Positions 1 through 9,094 of a stretch of 18,660 nt of DNA are shown here, in pieces; the first letter of the stretch is position 1; each line of letters opens with the position of its first letter. A program made the position numbers and the translations under genes. The stretch is from a bacterium (GTDB taxonomy: Bacteria; Zhuqueibacterota; Zhuqueibacteria; Zhuqueibacterales; Zhuqueibacteraceae), in the NCBI GenBank assembly GCA_044869275.1, contig JBIOXB010000233.1:1-18660 (forward strand). Direction: 5' to 3'. Below the pieces are notes generated by a model. That model did not search any database, had not been told where the DNA came from, and saw nothing but the letters and a program-made list of their open reading frames with translations.

Positions 1-1118
1 AGCCCGACGCCGGTGGCATGATTGGGCTTGTTGGCTTCTGAGATCACCGTGTGCACGGAATTCGGAAAGCCGATTTTTCCGGGCAGATTGAGAATTTCTT
101 CGGACATTTCAAGCAGCCCCGGCAACAAGGCCGTGCCGCCGGTGAGCACCACGCCCGCGGTCATCAAATTGAAATAGTCTGATTTTTTCATCTCTAAAAG
201 CGCGAGCGACAGAATTTCCTCGATGCGCGGCGAAATGATGTCAACCAAAACCTGCCGTGAAACACGGCGGGCCGCGCGGCCGCCCACGCCCGGGACCTCG
301 ACGACTTCATCGCGGCCCTGCTCCAGGCCCATGGCCGCGCCGTGTGAGATTTTAATGAGCTCCGCTTGATCCAGCGGCGTGCGCAAGCCGTGCGCCAGAT
401 CGTTGGTGATGTTTTTCCCTCCGAGCCCGACGATGGCGGTATGGCGAATGCAGCCGTTGTAGAACATCGCGATATCCGTCGTACCGCCGCCGAGGTCCAA
501 CAACGCCACGCCGAGATTTTTTTCGTCCTCCGTCAACGTGGAAAAACTCGAGGCCAGGGGCTCGAGCACGAGATCGTGCACGGTCATGCCGGCGCGCTCG
601 ATGCAGCGGCAAATGTTCTGCGCGGAAGTCACCGCGCCGGTGACGATATGCACCTCGGCTTCGAGGCGCACGCCGCTCATGCCCACGGGATCGTCGATGC
701 CGCGTTGATCATCGACGATGAACTCCTGCGGCAAAATGTGAATGATTTCGCGATCGAAGGGCAGGGCGACGGCTTTTGCCGCCTCGATCACCCGGCGCTT
801 GTCATCCGGCGTGATCACGTGATCTTCGCCCGCGACCGCCACCACGCCGCGGCCGTTGACGCTGCGAATGTGGTCGCCGGCGATGCCGGCATACACCGAA
901 TGAATCTCGACGCCGGCCATGCGCTCGGCTTCCTCTTTCGCGCGCAAAATGGAATGCACGGTGCGGTCGAGATTGATCACCACTCCGCGGCGCAAGCCGT
1001 CTGAGGGCGCGACTCCCATGCCGATGATCTTGAGGCGGCCGTGATCATCCACTTCCGCGATCAGGGCGCAAATTTTAGTCGTGCCGATGTCCAAAGCACA
1101 AATGTAGTCAGTGATCAT
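1..1118 (-). CDS. ftsA: Cell division protein FtsA (3' end truncated by window edge)
   Basis: Not in the ORF track; translated by hand from ATG at 1118: MITDYICALDIGTTKICALIAE...GLRRGVVINLDRTV...VYAGIAGDHIRS...GMSGVRLEAEVHIVTG...LVLEPLASS...LLDLGGGTTDIA...GVVLTGGTALLPG. These are actin-like FtsA motifs. SD AAGGAGG just upstream; follows ftsQ. Confidence 0.97.
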   Translation of the reverse strand, partial: MITDYICALDIGTTKICALIAEVDDHGRLKIIGMGVAPSDGLRRGVVINLDRTVHSILRAKEEAERMAGVEIHSVYAGIAGDHIRSVNGRGVVAVAGEDHVITPDDKRRVIEAAKAVALPFDREIIHILPQEFIVDDQRGIDDPVGMSGVRLEAEVHIVTGAVTSAQNICRCIERAGMTVHDLVLEPLASSFSTLTEDEKNLGVALLDLGGGTTDIAMFYNGCIRHTAIVGLGGKNITNDLAHGLRTPLDQAELIKISHGAAMGLEQGRDEVVEVPGVGGRAARRVSRQVLVDIISPRIEEILSLALLEMKKSDYFNLMTAGVVLTGGTALLPGLLEMSEEILNLPGKIGFPNSVHTVISEANKPNHATGVG

Positions 1119-1163
1119 AACTGCCCCCTCCTTTTTGGGGGTTAAAAGTCCGGTGCGCAAGCT

Positions 1164-1898
1164 TCAAGGCTCAAATTCTCCTTTCGCCACCACTTGATGA
1201 TCAAAACGCAAATCGAGGGCGGCCATTCTCCCGGGCTGCGAAGAAACCTGGCGCAGCACGGTTTGCAGCCGTTCGCATTTTTCCAGCCAGTCTTCCCGTC
1301 CTAAATAAACCGGCGTGCCGTTCTGGAGCAAATATAGCCTCGAATTGCCGCGGCTATCAAAATTGAATTCGGAGGTTTGATGATACAGGAGCGGGTATTG
1401 CATCTTCAGGGCGCTGATGAATTCAATGGCCGGCATGCCGGTTTCGGCGATCACGGTGTTATTGCCGTCCACGCGCGTCGGCACGCCGGAAAGAACCGGA
1501 AGATCAAAGCGTGCAGGGCCTTCCAGGCGCGGCAGCACGAAGCCCGTGTGATCCACCGGCCGCAGCTCTCTTTTGCTCAACAGCGCAATGGGTTCCCTTT
1601 CGACAATCGTGATTTCCAGCGTGGAGGGAAAAAGGCGCGCCACCAATGCCTGTTGCACAAAGGGCAAGGCCTCGACGCTTTCCTGTATGGGCTCGAGATC
1701 GACGTCAAAAATTCTTTTGCCCAGGGCCCCCTGCCCCAGCGACCGCACGCTTTCTTTGCTAAAATGCTCCACGCCTTCCACCACCACGTGCTGCACGCGA
1801 AAGCTGGAGTCTTCGCCGACCCAACTGCTCATGTGCAGGCCGAAGAGAACCACGGTGGTGGACAACAAAAAAGGTTTGCCGAGTTTTTGAATCGCCAT
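1164..1898 (-). CDS. ftsQ: Cell division protein FtsQ/DivIB (POTRA domain)
   Basis: N-terminal hydrophobic segment, POTRA-like FRVQHVVVEG...LPFVQQALVARLFPSTLEITIVEREPIA, C-terminal LDLRFDHQVV; located between murG and ftsA. Confidence 0.9.
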   Translation of the reverse strand: MAIQKLGKPFLLSTTVVLFGLHMSSWVGEDSSFRVQHVVVEGVEHFSKESVRSLGQGALGKRIFDVDLEPIQESVEALPFVQQALVARLFPSTLEITIVEREPIALLSKRELRPVDHTGFVLPRLEGPARFDLPVLSGVPTRVDGNNTVIAETGMPAIEFISALKMQYPLLYHQTSEFNFDSRGNSRLYLLQNGTPVYLGREDWLEKCERLQTVLRQVSSQPGRMAALDLRFDHQVVAKGEFEP

Positions 1899-1942
1899 GA
1901 TGCCAGCTCGTGTTTACGGAATGACCTCGCCTTAGGATTTCT

Positions 1943-3061
1943 TCAAAACGACAACATCTTCAAACAAGTCTCAACAATCTCCTGCAGCGCGCGCGGCCTC
2001 GCAAATTGGCGCGCCGCCTGCGACATTTTGCCGCGCATTTCGAGGTTCGCAACCAACTCATGAATCGCGGCAAACATCTCCTCGACATTCAGAGCATGCT
2101 CAACGAACACGCGCGCCGCGCCGGCTTTTTCCAGCGCGCGGGCGTTATGGGTTTGATGATCGGCCGTCGCATACGGGAACGGCAGCAAGAGGGCCGGCAA
2201 ACCGCACTGCGCCAGTTCGAAAATCGTCGAAGCACCGGACCGGCAAAGGACAAAGTCCGCCAGGGCATAGGCGAGACCCATGTCGTCCAAATAGGGCACG
2301 GCACGAACGCGGTCTTGCGTTGCGATCTGCCGCGCGACCATTTCAAAGTGCGCCGGGCCGGTGGCCCATAGAATTTGCAGAGGCGAAATCGTGGCCAGGC
2401 GCGGCAGCAACTCGAGCATCACGGTATTGATGCGGCGCGCGCCCTGGCTGCCGCCAAACACCAGCAGCGTGACCCTATCCGCGCGCAAATTCCATTTTGC
2501 CGCCGCCGCTTCGCGTTGCCGTGGCGTGCGCTCCCGCAAGCTCGCGCGCACCGGATTGCCAACCACGTGCAGGCGCTGCGGATTGTTGAAAAATTTCCGG
2601 CTCTCTGCAAAACTCAGAAACACCGCGCCGGCATATCGGCCGAGCCTGCGATTCACCAAACCGGGAAAGCTGTTCTGCTCTTGAATCACAAACTCGCGCC
2701 GCGAGAGCCATGCGGCGAGAAGTGCCGGCAGACTCACATAGCCGCCGGTGCCGATGACTAAATGCGGCTGAAACTCGTGAAAAAACCGCAGGCAAATTCT
2801 GACGCTTTGCCACAAGCGCACCGGCAGCAGCAGATTGCTCCATGCCAGCTGCCGCAACAGGCCGCGCACGGGCACCACAATCAGGCGATAGCCCAATGGC
2901 GGCAACACGCGCGCCTCCAGGCCTTGCGCCGTGCCGATGAACACCACTTCACATTTCGGCGCGCGCTGCTGGAAAGCTTCTGCCATTGCGATCGCGGGAT
3001 AAAGATGGCCGCCGGTGCCGCCGCCCGCAAAGACCAGCCGCAATTCGCGCTCAGCCGCCAC
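1943..3061 (-). CDS. murG: Undecaprenyl-PP-MurNAc-pentapeptide GlcNAc transferase MurG
   Basis: Motifs AGGGTGGHLYPA, GTGGYVS, EQNSFPG, GNPVR, FGGSQGA, RSGAST, HQTHNA. Start placed at GTG 3061, overlapping the ftsW stop; GTG 3073 is an alternative. The ORF-track start at 3154 is over-extended. Confidence 0.96.
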   Translation of the reverse strand: MAAERELRLVFAGGGTGGHLYPAIAMAEAFQQRAPKCEVVFIGTAQGLEARVLPPLGYRLIVVPVRGLLRQLAWSNLLLPVRLWQSVRICLRFFHEFQPHLVIGTGGYVSLPALLAAWLSRREFVIQEQNSFPGLVNRRLGRYAGAVFLSFAESRKFFNNPQRLHVVGNPVRASLRERTPRQREAAAAKWNLRADRVTLLVFGGSQGARRINTVMLELLPRLATISPLQILWATGPAHFEMVARQIATQDRVRAVPYLDDMGLAYALADFVLCRSGASTIFELAQCGLPALLLPFPYATADHQTHNARALEKAGAARVFVEHALNVEEMFAAIHELVANLEMRGKMSQAARQFARPRALQEIVETCLKMLSF

Positions 3062-4259
3062 GTTTGCGATCACGATACCACCGCACCTGCGCGAGCGGAA
3101 CGCTGGCCGCGCCTTTTTTCGAATTTTGGCGCGAGGCGCTGTGCAGCGAAACATTCAGCAACAAGCCAATGGCCATCAAATGGACGAGCAGCGATGATCC
3201 GCCGTAACTTACGAAAGGCAGCGGCACCCCGGTCGTCGGCAGCAGGTTTGTAACCACGGCGATATTGACAAAGGCACCGATGCCAATGGCAGAGGCGATA
3301 CCCAGCGCCAGCAAACGGCCGCTGTCGTCCGGCGCTTGCTGCGCGATTTTGAAGCCGCGCCAGAGGATGACGAAAAACATCGCGAGCACGAGGAGCGTGC
3401 CGATCAAACCGAGCTCCTCTCCGATCACCGACATAATAAAATCCGTGAAGGGATCGGGTAGAAAAAAAAGTTTCTGTTTGCTCTTGCCCAAACCCAGTCC
3501 GGTCAATCCGCCATGGCCAAGGCCAATGAGCGATTGTTTCACCTGCCATGCCGGCTCGGAATCACCCAGCACCGATTCGATGAAGGCTTCGATGCGGTCG
3601 CGTTGATAGGCAACTTTGGAAAGAAACGCGAGCGCCACCAAGGCGCCGGAAGAGATCAATGCGAACAGGTGCTGTAACTGCGCGCCCTGCATGAACAGCA
3701 TCATCAACGCGATGAGGGTGATCAGCAGCGCCGTCCCCATGTCCGGCTCGATCGCCACGAGCAACACGGCCACGCCGATGAGCAACAACTGCGGCAGCAA
3801 GCCGTCGGTAAAGTTGCGCAAATCCAAACTCGGCTTGGTAAGATTGGCCGCGAGATACATAATCAAGCAGAATTTCGCCAGCTCCGAGGGCTGGAGCTGC
3901 AGCGAACCCACGCTGATCCAGCGGTGCGCGCCGCGAATCGCCATGCTCTCCGGCAGAAAAAGCAATACCAGCAGCAAGATCACGGCCATGCCAAAGAACA
4001 ACGGCGACCAGCGCAACACGACATGATAGTCCACGCGCAGCATCAGGAACATCAAGATCAATCCCAGCGCGAGGCGCAGCAATTGCCTTTTTAAATAGAA
4101 GGCACTATCGTCGTGCGCGCGCTCGGCTTTGGCAGAGCTGGCGGTATAGACGAAGCACACGCTGAACACCAGCAGCACCAGCACCGCCATGAGCAGGATA
4201 AGGTCGAAGCCTGGTCGATTCATTCTGTTATTTTTGTGGCTTTTCAGTTTCCCCTGCAT
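3051..4259 (-). CDS. ftsW: SEDS peptidoglycan polymerase FtsW
   Basis: Polytopic membrane protein with GAHRWI, LQPSELAK, EPDMGT, LPDPFTDFIMSVIGEELG, PTTGVPLPFVSYGGSS. Alternative start ATG 4223. Confidence 0.95.
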   Translation of the reverse strand: MQGKLKSHKNNRMNRPGFDLILLMAVLVLLVFSVCFVYTASSAKAERAHDDSAFYLKRQLLRLALGLILMFLMLRVDYHVVLRWSPLFFGMAVILLLVLLFLPESMAIRGAHRWISVGSLQLQPSELAKFCLIMYLAANLTKPSLDLRNFTDGLLPQLLLIGVAVLLVAIEPDMGTALLITLIALMMLFMQGAQLQHLFALISSGALVALAFLSKVAYQRDRIEAFIESVLGDSEPAWQVKQSLIGLGHGGLTGLGLGKSKQKLFFLPDPFTDFIMSVIGEELGLIGTLLVLAMFFVILWRGFKIAQQAPDDSGRLLALGIASAIGIGAFVNIAVVTNLLPTTGVPLPFVSYGGSSLLVHLMAIGLLLNVSLHSASRQNSKKGAASVPLAQVRWYRDRKRGG

Positions 4260-4293
4260 GGCCTTGCTGCGCCTGCAGGGATCTCCGGTTCCG

Positions 4294-5379
4294 TTACCGC
4301 ACTTTGAAGGTCAGCAAGCTCAGCAGCGCCAGCAGCACGCCGACGATCCAAAAGCGCACCACGACTTGCGGCTCGCTCCATCCTTTCAATTCAAAATGAT
4401 GGTGCAGCGGCGCCATACGAAAAATTCTTTTCCCTCCAGTGTGTTTAAAGTACCAAACCTGGAGAATGACAGATAAACTTTCAGCGACAAAGACGCCTCC
4501 GATGATGGGGAGCAGCAATTCCTTCTTCAACACGATGGCGAGCGTACCGAGCGCGCTGCCGAGCGCAAGCGAGCCGGTGTCGCCCATGAATACATGCGCA
4601 GGATGTGTATTGTACCATAAAAAGCCGAGCGCGGCTCCGATCAAGGCGGAGCAGAACACGGTCAACTCGCCCGCGCCGGGCAAGTACAGGATGTTCAAAT
4701 AATCGCTGAAATCGACGCGGCCGGAAAGATAGCTGATGCCGGCCCAGGCGATCGCCGAGATCGCCACCAGGCCGATGGCCAGGCCATCGAGGCCATCCGA
4801 AAGATTCACGGAATTGCTCATGGCCGTGATAATGAACATCACCATCGGGATGTACAGCCAGCCGAAGTCGAATTCATAGTTTTTGAAAAACGGAACCGTC
4901 GTCATCGTCGCGATGCCCTCGAAAGCGGGCGCAATATAGATGATACAGCCGACGACGAGGCCCAGTGAAATCTGTCCGGCAATCTTGTAGCGGCCGATCA
5001 GGCCCTTGGGCAATTTTTTGATGACTTTCAAGTAGTCGTCCAAATATCCGACGATGCCCATCCACAGGGTGGCCAGCAGCACCAGCAACACATCGAGATT
5101 GGGCTTTGCCCAAAGCAGGGTTGGAACCAGCAACGCGAGCAGAATGATCAATCCGCCCATCGTCGGCGTGCCCGCCTTCTTGAGATGCGTTTGCGGTCCT
5201 TCCTTGCGAATCTCCTGCCCGATTTGGCGCTCGCGCAATGTATGAATGATGCGCGGGCCAACGATAAAGCTGATCAGCAACGCGGTGAGCGCCGCGCCCG
5301 CCGAGCGAAACGAGATGTATTGAAAAATATTGAAGCCGGAGACGTACTTGCTCAACGGGAACAAAAGCTCATACAGCAT
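4294..5379 (-). CDS. mraY: Phospho-N-acetylmuramoyl-pentapeptide transferase MraY
   Basis: KAGTPTMGG, LDDYLK, NSVNLSDGLDGLA, FMGDTGSLALG, MAPLHHHFE motifs; 361 aa. Confidence 0.98.
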   Translation of the reverse strand: MLYELLFPLSKYVSGFNIFQYISFRSAGAALTALLISFIVGPRIIHTLRERQIGQEIRKEGPQTHLKKAGTPTMGGLIILLALLVPTLLWAKPNLDVLLVLLATLWMGIVGYLDDYLKVIKKLPKGLIGRYKIAGQISLGLVVGCIIYIAPAFEGIATMTTVPFFKNYEFDFGWLYIPMVMFIITAMSNSVNLSDGLDGLAIGLVAISAIAWAGISYLSGRVDFSDYLNILYLPGAGELTVFCSALIGAALGFLWYNTHPAHVFMGDTGSLALGSALGTLAIVLKKELLLPIIGGVFVAESLSVILQVWYFKHTGGKRIFRMAPLHHHFELKGWSEPQVVVRFWIVGVLLALLSLLTFKVR

Positions 5380-5429
5380 AGCGGCTCCGGCGATTCATTT
5401 TTGTGATGAACAGGATTGACATGTACGGT

Positions 5430-6806
5430 TCACGCGCTGGCCAAGTGCTGGATCACCTCTTCCATCGCCATGCCGCGGCTGCCCTTGAGCAGCAGCACGT
5501 CCCTCGCCCGCACTGATTGCTTCACTTCCGCAATCAATTCTGCTTTTGTATCAAAGTGCAAAGCCCAAAACTCCTGGCCGACCGCCTCCACCAGTGCCCG
5601 CATGTGGGGACCGTAAGCGAGCACGGCTTGCAGCGGCAGCGTTCTGAGCCATTCACCCAGCTCGCGATGGCAGCTTTCCGCCGCCGCCCCCAATTCCAAC
5701 ATGTCTCCCAAGATCGCGACGCGGCGACCGCCGCGCAGCAGGGGTTTCATCGCGAGAAACTGCAACGCCGCGCGCATGGATTCGGGATTGGCATTGTAAG
5801 TGTCATCGATGATCGTCATGCCGCCGAACTGCAGCACCTGCATGCGCTTGGAGGGCGCTTCGCAAGCTTCCAATCCTCGCTTGATCGCCGCGGCGCTCAC
5901 CCCGAGAAAATCACCGGCAGCAATTGCAGCCAAAGCGTTGCCCGCATGATGCGTGCCGGGAATTTTCAATTGTATGTCCACATTTTTCCAGGCCACCGTG
6001 GCGCAACCGTTTTCATCGTGGCCGGCAATTCTGCCCTGAATCTGCGCCGGATTGTGCAAGCCGAACGTGACCGATTTCAGTCTTGCCGGCAACGCCGTCA
6101 TGAGATGGTGATCGTCGGCATTGACCAAGGCGACGCCGTCGTGCCCATGCAGATAATCGAACAACTCTTTCTTGGCTTTTGCGACACCGGCGAGATCGCC
6201 GAAAAACTCGAGGTGCGCATGGCCGACATTGGTGATCAATCCCAAATCCGGTCCGGCGATTTCACACAGGTGCGCGATTTCGCCGAAATGATTCATGCCC
6301 ATTTCCACCACGGCCATTTCATGCGCGGGCGCCAATGCCGACAAGGTGAGCGGCACACCGATATGGTTGTTCAAATTGCCCGAAGTTTTATGAATGAAGC
6401 ACTGCTGGCCCAACACCGCCGCAACCATTTCTTTCGTGGTGGTTTTGCCATTGCTGCCAGTGATCGCAAGCACGCGGCCGCCCCATCTTTTTCGAATCAT
6501 CCGGCCGAGTTGCTGCAAAGCCTGCAAAGATTCTTCGACGATCAAAAAATCGCCGCTGCGTTTCTGCTGCCGTTCGAACCATTGCGCTTCGACCACCGCC
6601 GCCAGTGCGCCTTGATGGAAGACTTCCTCAATAAAATCGTGGCCGTCGAACTTTTCTCCCCGCAAGGCAAAGAAGAGCATCTCCGTGCTGCAGGTGCGCG
6701 AATCAATTGAAACCGCGGCGGCGCGGCGGGTTAACGCTTTTTCATCGCCGGCATAGCGCGCGTTCATCGCACGACGTGCTTCGCCGAGAGTGGGAATGAT
6801 CGCCAT
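5430..6806 (-). CDS. murF: UDP-MurNAc-tripeptide--D-Ala-D-Ala ligase MurF
   Basis: IDSR, LRGEKFDGHDF, ITGSNGKTTTKEM, GNLNNHIGVPLTL, EMGMNHFGEI, DDTYNANPESM, LGDMLELG, LKGSRG are MurF-specific motifs. Start placed at ATG 6806 (MAIIPT), 458 aa; a single ligase, not a MurE-MurF fusion. Confidence 0.95.
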   Translation of the reverse strand: MAIIPTLGEARRAMNARYAGDEKALTRRAAAVSIDSRTCSTEMLFFALRGEKFDGHDFIEEVFHQGALAAVVEAQWFERQQKRSGDFLIVEESLQALQQLGRMIRKRWGGRVLAITGSNGKTTTKEMVAAVLGQQCFIHKTSGNLNNHIGVPLTLSALAPAHEMAVVEMGMNHFGEIAHLCEIAGPDLGLITNVGHAHLEFFGDLAGVAKAKKELFDYLHGHDGVALVNADDHHLMTALPARLKSVTFGLHNPAQIQGRIAGHDENGCATVAWKNVDIQLKIPGTHHAGNALAAIAAGDFLGVSAAAIKRGLEACEAPSKRMQVLQFGGMTIIDDTYNANPESMRAALQFLAMKPLLRGGRRVAILGDMLELGAAAESCHRELGEWLRTLPLQAVLAYGPHMRALVEAVGQEFWALHFDTKAELIAEVKQSVRARDVLLLKGSRGMAMEEVIQHLASA

Positions 6807-6820
6807 GTTGATTCCATTGT

Positions 6821-6863
6821 ATCCAGCATCCAGCAATAGATACTGGATGCTGGATCCTGGATA
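6821..6863. repeat. Heptamer tandem repeats in inverted arrangement (hairpin)
   Basis: ATCCAGC x2 (6821-6834) opposite CTGGATG/CTGGATC/CTGGATA (6843-6863). Perfect 13-bp stem 6821-6833/6843-6855 with a 9-nt loop. Confidence 0.85.
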
Positions 6864-6877
6864 TTGATCACTAACAA

Positions 6878-9094
6878 CTACTCCACCACCGCTACTTCCC
6901 TTGCGGCCGCCGCCTTCGCCTGGCATCGCAATTCACAGCGCACGCCCGAGGAAACCACGGTGCCCGCGGGCGGATATTGCTGCACCACGCGGCCGCTGCC
7001 CGTGACCTGAGCATCGAGGCCGTGCAAAGACAATTGCTGCAACGCTTGCCGCAGCGACAAGCCCACGAGCGCGGGCATGTGCAATTGCCGCTGCACGCGA
7101 TCGATTTCAAAAAGCTCCAAAGTCACTTTCGCGTGGCGCGCAACGGTGGCGCCTGGCGGCGGCATTTGATGGAGGATGAAATCGCCCTTGCCGTCCCATA
7201 CCGCTTCCAGGCCGAGCGTGCGCAGCATTTCTTCGCCGGCAGCGCGGCGATGATTGGTCAAGTCGGGAAGAATAATCGTGCGGGTGTCATCCATGATCGT
7301 CTCACCGGTGTTGAGCGTGAACGATTTGTCCTGCTCGGTTGAGGGGCGGGCAGGTTCTGCAAACAAAATCCTTTGCGCGATGCGCTTGAACGTCGGCGCG
7401 GCGGCCAGCCCGCCCCATTGCGAGGTGCGCGGACTCTCCAGCATCACAAAAATCAAATAGCGCGGATTGGGCACGGGAAAAAATCCGGCGAAAGAAACAT
7501 TCAGTTCCGAGGACGAGTAACCGCGCGCGCGCGCCAGGGCTTTGTGCGCGGTGCCAGTCTTACCGGCGATGCGCACACCGGGAATCGCGGCGTTTTTGGC
7601 CGTGCCGCTAATCACTGCGCCTTCCATCATCGCGGTCAACGTGCGCGCGGTTTCACCGGTCACCACACGGCGCACGACTTCGGTTTCGTCGAAGCGGAGC
7701 ACCTCACCCTCGGGATCTGCCACCGCGGCGATGAGCTTGGGCTGCAGCAACTCTCCGCCGTTGGCGATGGCGCCGTAGGCCATTGCCACCTGCAAAGCAT
7801 TCACCGAAACTTCATAGCCCATCGACATGGCCGCCAGCGAATAACCCGACCATTCTGCCGGATGCTTCAATGTGCCCGCGGCTTCACCGTCGGTGTCGAT
7901 GCGCGTGGGCATGCCAAAGCCGAAATCGCGCGCGTAGCGGTAAAACTTGTCGCGGCCCAGCAGGCGTGCCAGTTTTGCGGTGCCAATGTTGCTCGAATAG
8001 GCGAGTACTTCCGCGACGGTGAGATTGCCATAACGCTCGCCATGGTCGGTGACCACTTTATCCGCAATTTTATAGGCACCGTTCTCGCAAAAAATAATAT
8101 CACGCGGCGTGCGAATTTTTTCTTGTATCGCGCCGGCGAACGTAATGAGCTTGAAAACCGAGCCCGGCTCGAACAAATCCGTCAGCGTGCGATTGCGGCG
8201 CGTGGCCGTGGCGAAAGCCGAAGCCTGGTTGGGATCGAAACTCGGTTCGCAGACCATGGCCAGCACTTCACCGTTCATGGGATTGGTGACCACGGCCAGG
8301 CCCCCGCTGGCGCCAAACAACTCCATCGACACGCGCAACTCTTCCGTGGCAATCGCCTGAATCAGATAATCAATGGTCAAAACCACGTGGCTGCCCTCCA
8401 CCACGGGCTTTTCTTCCGCGCCAAGATTCGGAAGCTTATTGCCCACGGCGTCTCTCTGCATGATCTTGCGGCCCTCCTGCCCGCGCAGCAAGGAATCGCA
8501 GGCGAGCTCGACCCCCGCAATGCCGCGATTGTCAATATCGGTATATCCCAGCAGATGCGCGGCAATCTCTTGGTGAGGATAGCGCCGGCGCGCATCTTTT
8601 TCGAGGCGGAGGCCCGGCACATTCAACGCCTTGATCTTGGGGGCGAGCTCGGCATCGACGCGGCGCTTGAGCCAGACGAAAGACCGCTCGGTTTTCATGC
8701 GCGCATACAGCGCGCTCGAGGATTCACCCAATAGCTTCGCCAGTTTTTCGGCGACCCCGCGGCGGTCTTTCACCTGCCGCAAATCCACGCCGACGGAGAT
8801 GCAGGCTTCGTTCAAGACCAGTGGATTCCGATTGCGATCATAAATCAAGCCGCGTTGCGCTTCGAGTGAAACCGTGGACTGATGCTGGACTTTGGCCATT
8901 TGTTGATATCTTCCATGTTGCAGTACAGCGATGTAAAAAAGGCGTCCCGCCAGACACAAGCCAAAGAGCAAAAAAAAACCTTCCACCACCGCCACGCGCT
9001 GCCAGCAGGAAGAAGATTTCGAAGAAGAGTGGCGCTGTTTGTTATTTTCCCGCTTGCGCTCCGGGTACGCGAGGGTGATGGCTTTCGTTCTCAT
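6878..9094 (-). CDS. ftsI: Class B penicillin-binding protein FtsI/PBP3 with two C-terminal PASTA domains
   Basis: N-terminal TM, RGLIYDRN, RRYP, GIAGVE, EPGSVFK (SxxK), YSSNIG (SxN), AGKTGTA (KTG). Two PASTA-like repeats (LPDLTN...ILHQMPPPG; MPALVGLSLRQA...VVQQYPPAG). ATGA overlap with the ftsL stop. Confidence 0.93.
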   Translation of the reverse strand: MRTKAITLAYPERKRENNKQRHSSSKSSSCWQRVAVVEGFFLLFGLCLAGRLFYIAVLQHGRYQQMAKVQHQSTVSLEAQRGLIYDRNRNPLVLNEACISVGVDLRQVKDRRGVAEKLAKLLGESSSALYARMKTERSFVWLKRRVDAELAPKIKALNVPGLRLEKDARRRYPHQEIAAHLLGYTDIDNRGIAGVELACDSLLRGQEGRKIMQRDAVGNKLPNLGAEEKPVVEGSHVVLTIDYLIQAIATEELRVSMELFGASGGLAVVTNPMNGEVLAMVCEPSFDPNQASAFATATRRNRTLTDLFEPGSVFKLITFAGAIQEKIRTPRDIIFCENGAYKIADKVVTDHGERYGNLTVAEVLAYSSNIGTAKLARLLGRDKFYRYARDFGFGMPTRIDTDGEAAGTLKHPAEWSGYSLAAMSMGYEVSVNALQVAMAYGAIANGGELLQPKLIAAVADPEGEVLRFDETEVVRRVVTGETARTLTAMMEGAVISGTAKNAAIPGVRIAGKTGTAHKALARARGYSSSELNVSFAGFFPVPNPRYLIFVMLESPRTSQWGGLAAAPTFKRIAQRILFAEPARPSTEQDKSFTLNTGETIMDDTRTIILPDLTNHRRAAGEEMLRTLGLEAVWDGKGDFILHQMPPPGATVARHAKVTLELFEIDRVQRQLHMPALVGLSLRQALQQLSLHGLDAQVTGSGRVVQQYPPAGTVVSSGVRCELRCQAKAAAAREVAVVE

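Noticed and set aside
6807..6926. N-terminal extension of MurF, or a MurE-MurF fusion/remnant
   Set aside because: The 40 extra codons overlap the ftsI end and translate the heptamer hairpin; no MurE motifs are present.
7373..8734. Long plus-strand ORFs (453 aa here; also 366..1004, 5517..6710, 11737..12918, 16418..17062)
   Set aside because: Antisense shadows of well-supported minus-strand genes, expected from GC-rich codon bias; no recognisable motifs.
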